Part shown: positions 43,709 to 44,861 of the stretch, in pieces
How the letters are laid out: every line of letters starts with the position of its first letter
How positions within the stretch are numbered: the stretch's first letter is position 1
Source: an uncultured Planctomycetaceae bacterium
GTDB lineage: Bacteria > Planctomycetota > Planctomycetia > Pirellulales > UBA1268
Direction of reading: 5' to 3'
DNA length: 44,861 nt
NCBI GenBank assembly: GCA_963923225.1
Contig: CAWUOA010000001.1
Span: 1 to 44,861 of the forward strand
The notes under the pieces: model-generated
What the model was told of the DNA's origin: nothing
Database searches by the model: none
Seen by the model: only the letters and a program-made list of their open reading frames with translations
Program-made: the position numbers and the translations under genes

Positions 43709-44861
43709 CGTCTCCCCCCGGTGACACCCGGCCCCGTCCGCGGCGGCGACGCTTCTTTCCGAAGTCCGTCGCACGGGTGCTTCGCTACCTGAGCATCTAC
43801 GGGTTGCGGAGGACGCTCTACAAGATCGCCGGACGGCGGCGCGGATCGTTGCGCTGGCTGCGGCCGCGCCCCGCACGCAGGCGTGACATCGCCGTTCTCG
43901 GCTGCGGACAGTACGCGTTCGCGACGATCGGCTGCATCGTCGCGCGGCATGCCGGCAATCGCTTCGTCGACTGTTACGACCCCGATGGAGAGGCGCAGGC
44001 GACGTTCGCCGATTTCTACGGGCTCCCCGAGCCGTCGGGGTCGGCAGCGGCCGTCATCGCGAACCCTTCCGTACAGCTGCTCTACGTGGCATCGAACCAT
44101 GCCTCGCATACCGATTACGCCATCGAGGCCCTCGCCCTCGGGAAGGACGTCTACTGCGAGAAACCCATCAGCGTGTCGATGGACCAGGCGCGCCGGCTCT
44201 TCCGGGCGGTTCGGGAAGCCCGAAGCCGATTCGACGTCGGATACAATCGCCCCTTCTCCCGAGCCGTGAGGGACCTGCGCGACGCCAGCCGCCACGTCGG
44301 CGGGCCCGTCACCCTCGGGTGCTTCGTCGTCGGCCATTTCCTGCCCGACGACCACTGGTACCGGCGGCCCGGGGAAGGCACGCGGATCTGCGGGAACGTC
44401 GGTCACTGGATCGACTTGGCGGTGCACGTGCTGCGGTGGTCTTCGCGCCCGGACGAGTTCCACATCACGCTCGCCTGGTCCGACGACCGCGCCCGCGACG
44501 ACAATCTCTCCATCACGCTGACCACGCCGCGGGGCGACTTGGTGACGATCGTCCTGACGGCGCGAGCGGAGCCATTCGAGGGCATTCGCGAGTCGATTCA
44601 CTTCCAGCAAGGGGAAGTCCTCGCCGAGATCGACGACTTCAGGGCGATGGTCATCCGCGACGGGGATGGGCTGGTGCGTCGTCGCTACTGGCCCAAGGAC
44701 GTCGGCCACGTCGCCGCGATCACCCAGCCGTTCCGGCCTCCGTCCCGGGATTGGACGGAAGTCGAACTGTCGACGCTCCTCATGCTGCGTATCGCGGCGA
44801 TGGTCCGTGGCGGGGAGCGCGAGTCGAAGTTCATCTCCGGTCACGCCATCGAGAGCGTGTA
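43705..44861 (+). CDS. Gfo/Idh/MocA-family oxidoreductase, 3'-truncated by the window edge
   Basis: ATG 43705 overlaps the upstream stop (ATGA). Frame 1 is open for 385 codons to the window end, and I translated it by hand without finding a stop. IAVLGCGQYAF (Rossmann) and DVYCEKPIS (EKP motif). It is not in the ORF track; the listed antisense ORF 43657-44844 is its shadow. Confidence 0.75.
   Translation, partial: MTSPPGDTRPRPRRRRFFPKSVARVLRYLSIYGLRRTLYKIAGRRRGSLRWLRPRPARRRDIAVLGCGQYAFATIGCIVARHAGNRFVDCYDPDGEAQATFADFYGLPEPSGSAAAVIANPSVQLLYVASNHASHTDYAIEALALGKDVYCEKPISVSMDQARRLFRAVREARSRFDVGYNRPFSRAVRDLRDASRHVGGPVTLGCFVVGHFLPDDHWYRRPGEGTRICGNVGHWIDLAVHVLRWSSRPDEFHITLAWSDDRARDDNLSITLTTPRGDLVTIVLTARAEPFEGIRESIHFQQGEVLAEIDDFRAMVIRDGDGLVRRRYWPKDVGHVAAITQPFRPPSRDWTEVELSTLLMLRIAAMVRGGERESKFISGHAIESV

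Overview
This is a high-GC bacterial chromosomal window. It is most likely Planctomycetota; that is an inference from a DUF1552-type / DUF1592-type heme-motif gene pair, a ThuA-like protein and several secreted hydrolases.

Positions 1-21.4 kb are housekeeping and accessory backbone. They hold a porin-like C-terminal fragment, a beta-propeller-like protein, carA and a ThuA-like protein. A large flotillin/SPFH gene follows a roughly 300-nt hairpin-rich leader and ends at a strong intrinsic terminator. Next come an S9 serine peptidase, a tandem-domain SASA-type esterase, the DUF1552/DUF1592 pair, an FkbM methyltransferase and mutY. The block ends with a hypothetical-tmk-holB operon and an 815-aa membrane-anchored orphan protein.

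From about 21.5 kb to the window end (more than 23 kb) there is one co-directional glycan-assembly island of 18 tightly or overlappingly packed genes. A specialised NusG paralog heads it. It also encodes:
- a fused ABC exporter and an O-antigen-ligase/Wzy-family membrane protein;
- 8 glycosyltransferases (2 GT2, 5 GT1/GT4-like, 1 exostosin-like);
- an SDR epimerase and wecB/wecC (a UDP-ManNAcA route);
- a bi-domain oxidoreductase + heparinase II/III-like + GT triad;
- an unusual cytidylyltransferase-GHMP-kinase fusion;
- a Gfo/Idh/MocA oxidoreductase cut by the window edge.

I saw no rRNA, tRNA, CRISPR array, transposase or integrase. Many long ORFs in the supplied track are high-GC shadow frames. 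Two real edge ORFs (3-200 and 43705-44861, both on the + strand) are missing from the track. All calls rest on reading the translations and the DNA by eye; no database search was run.
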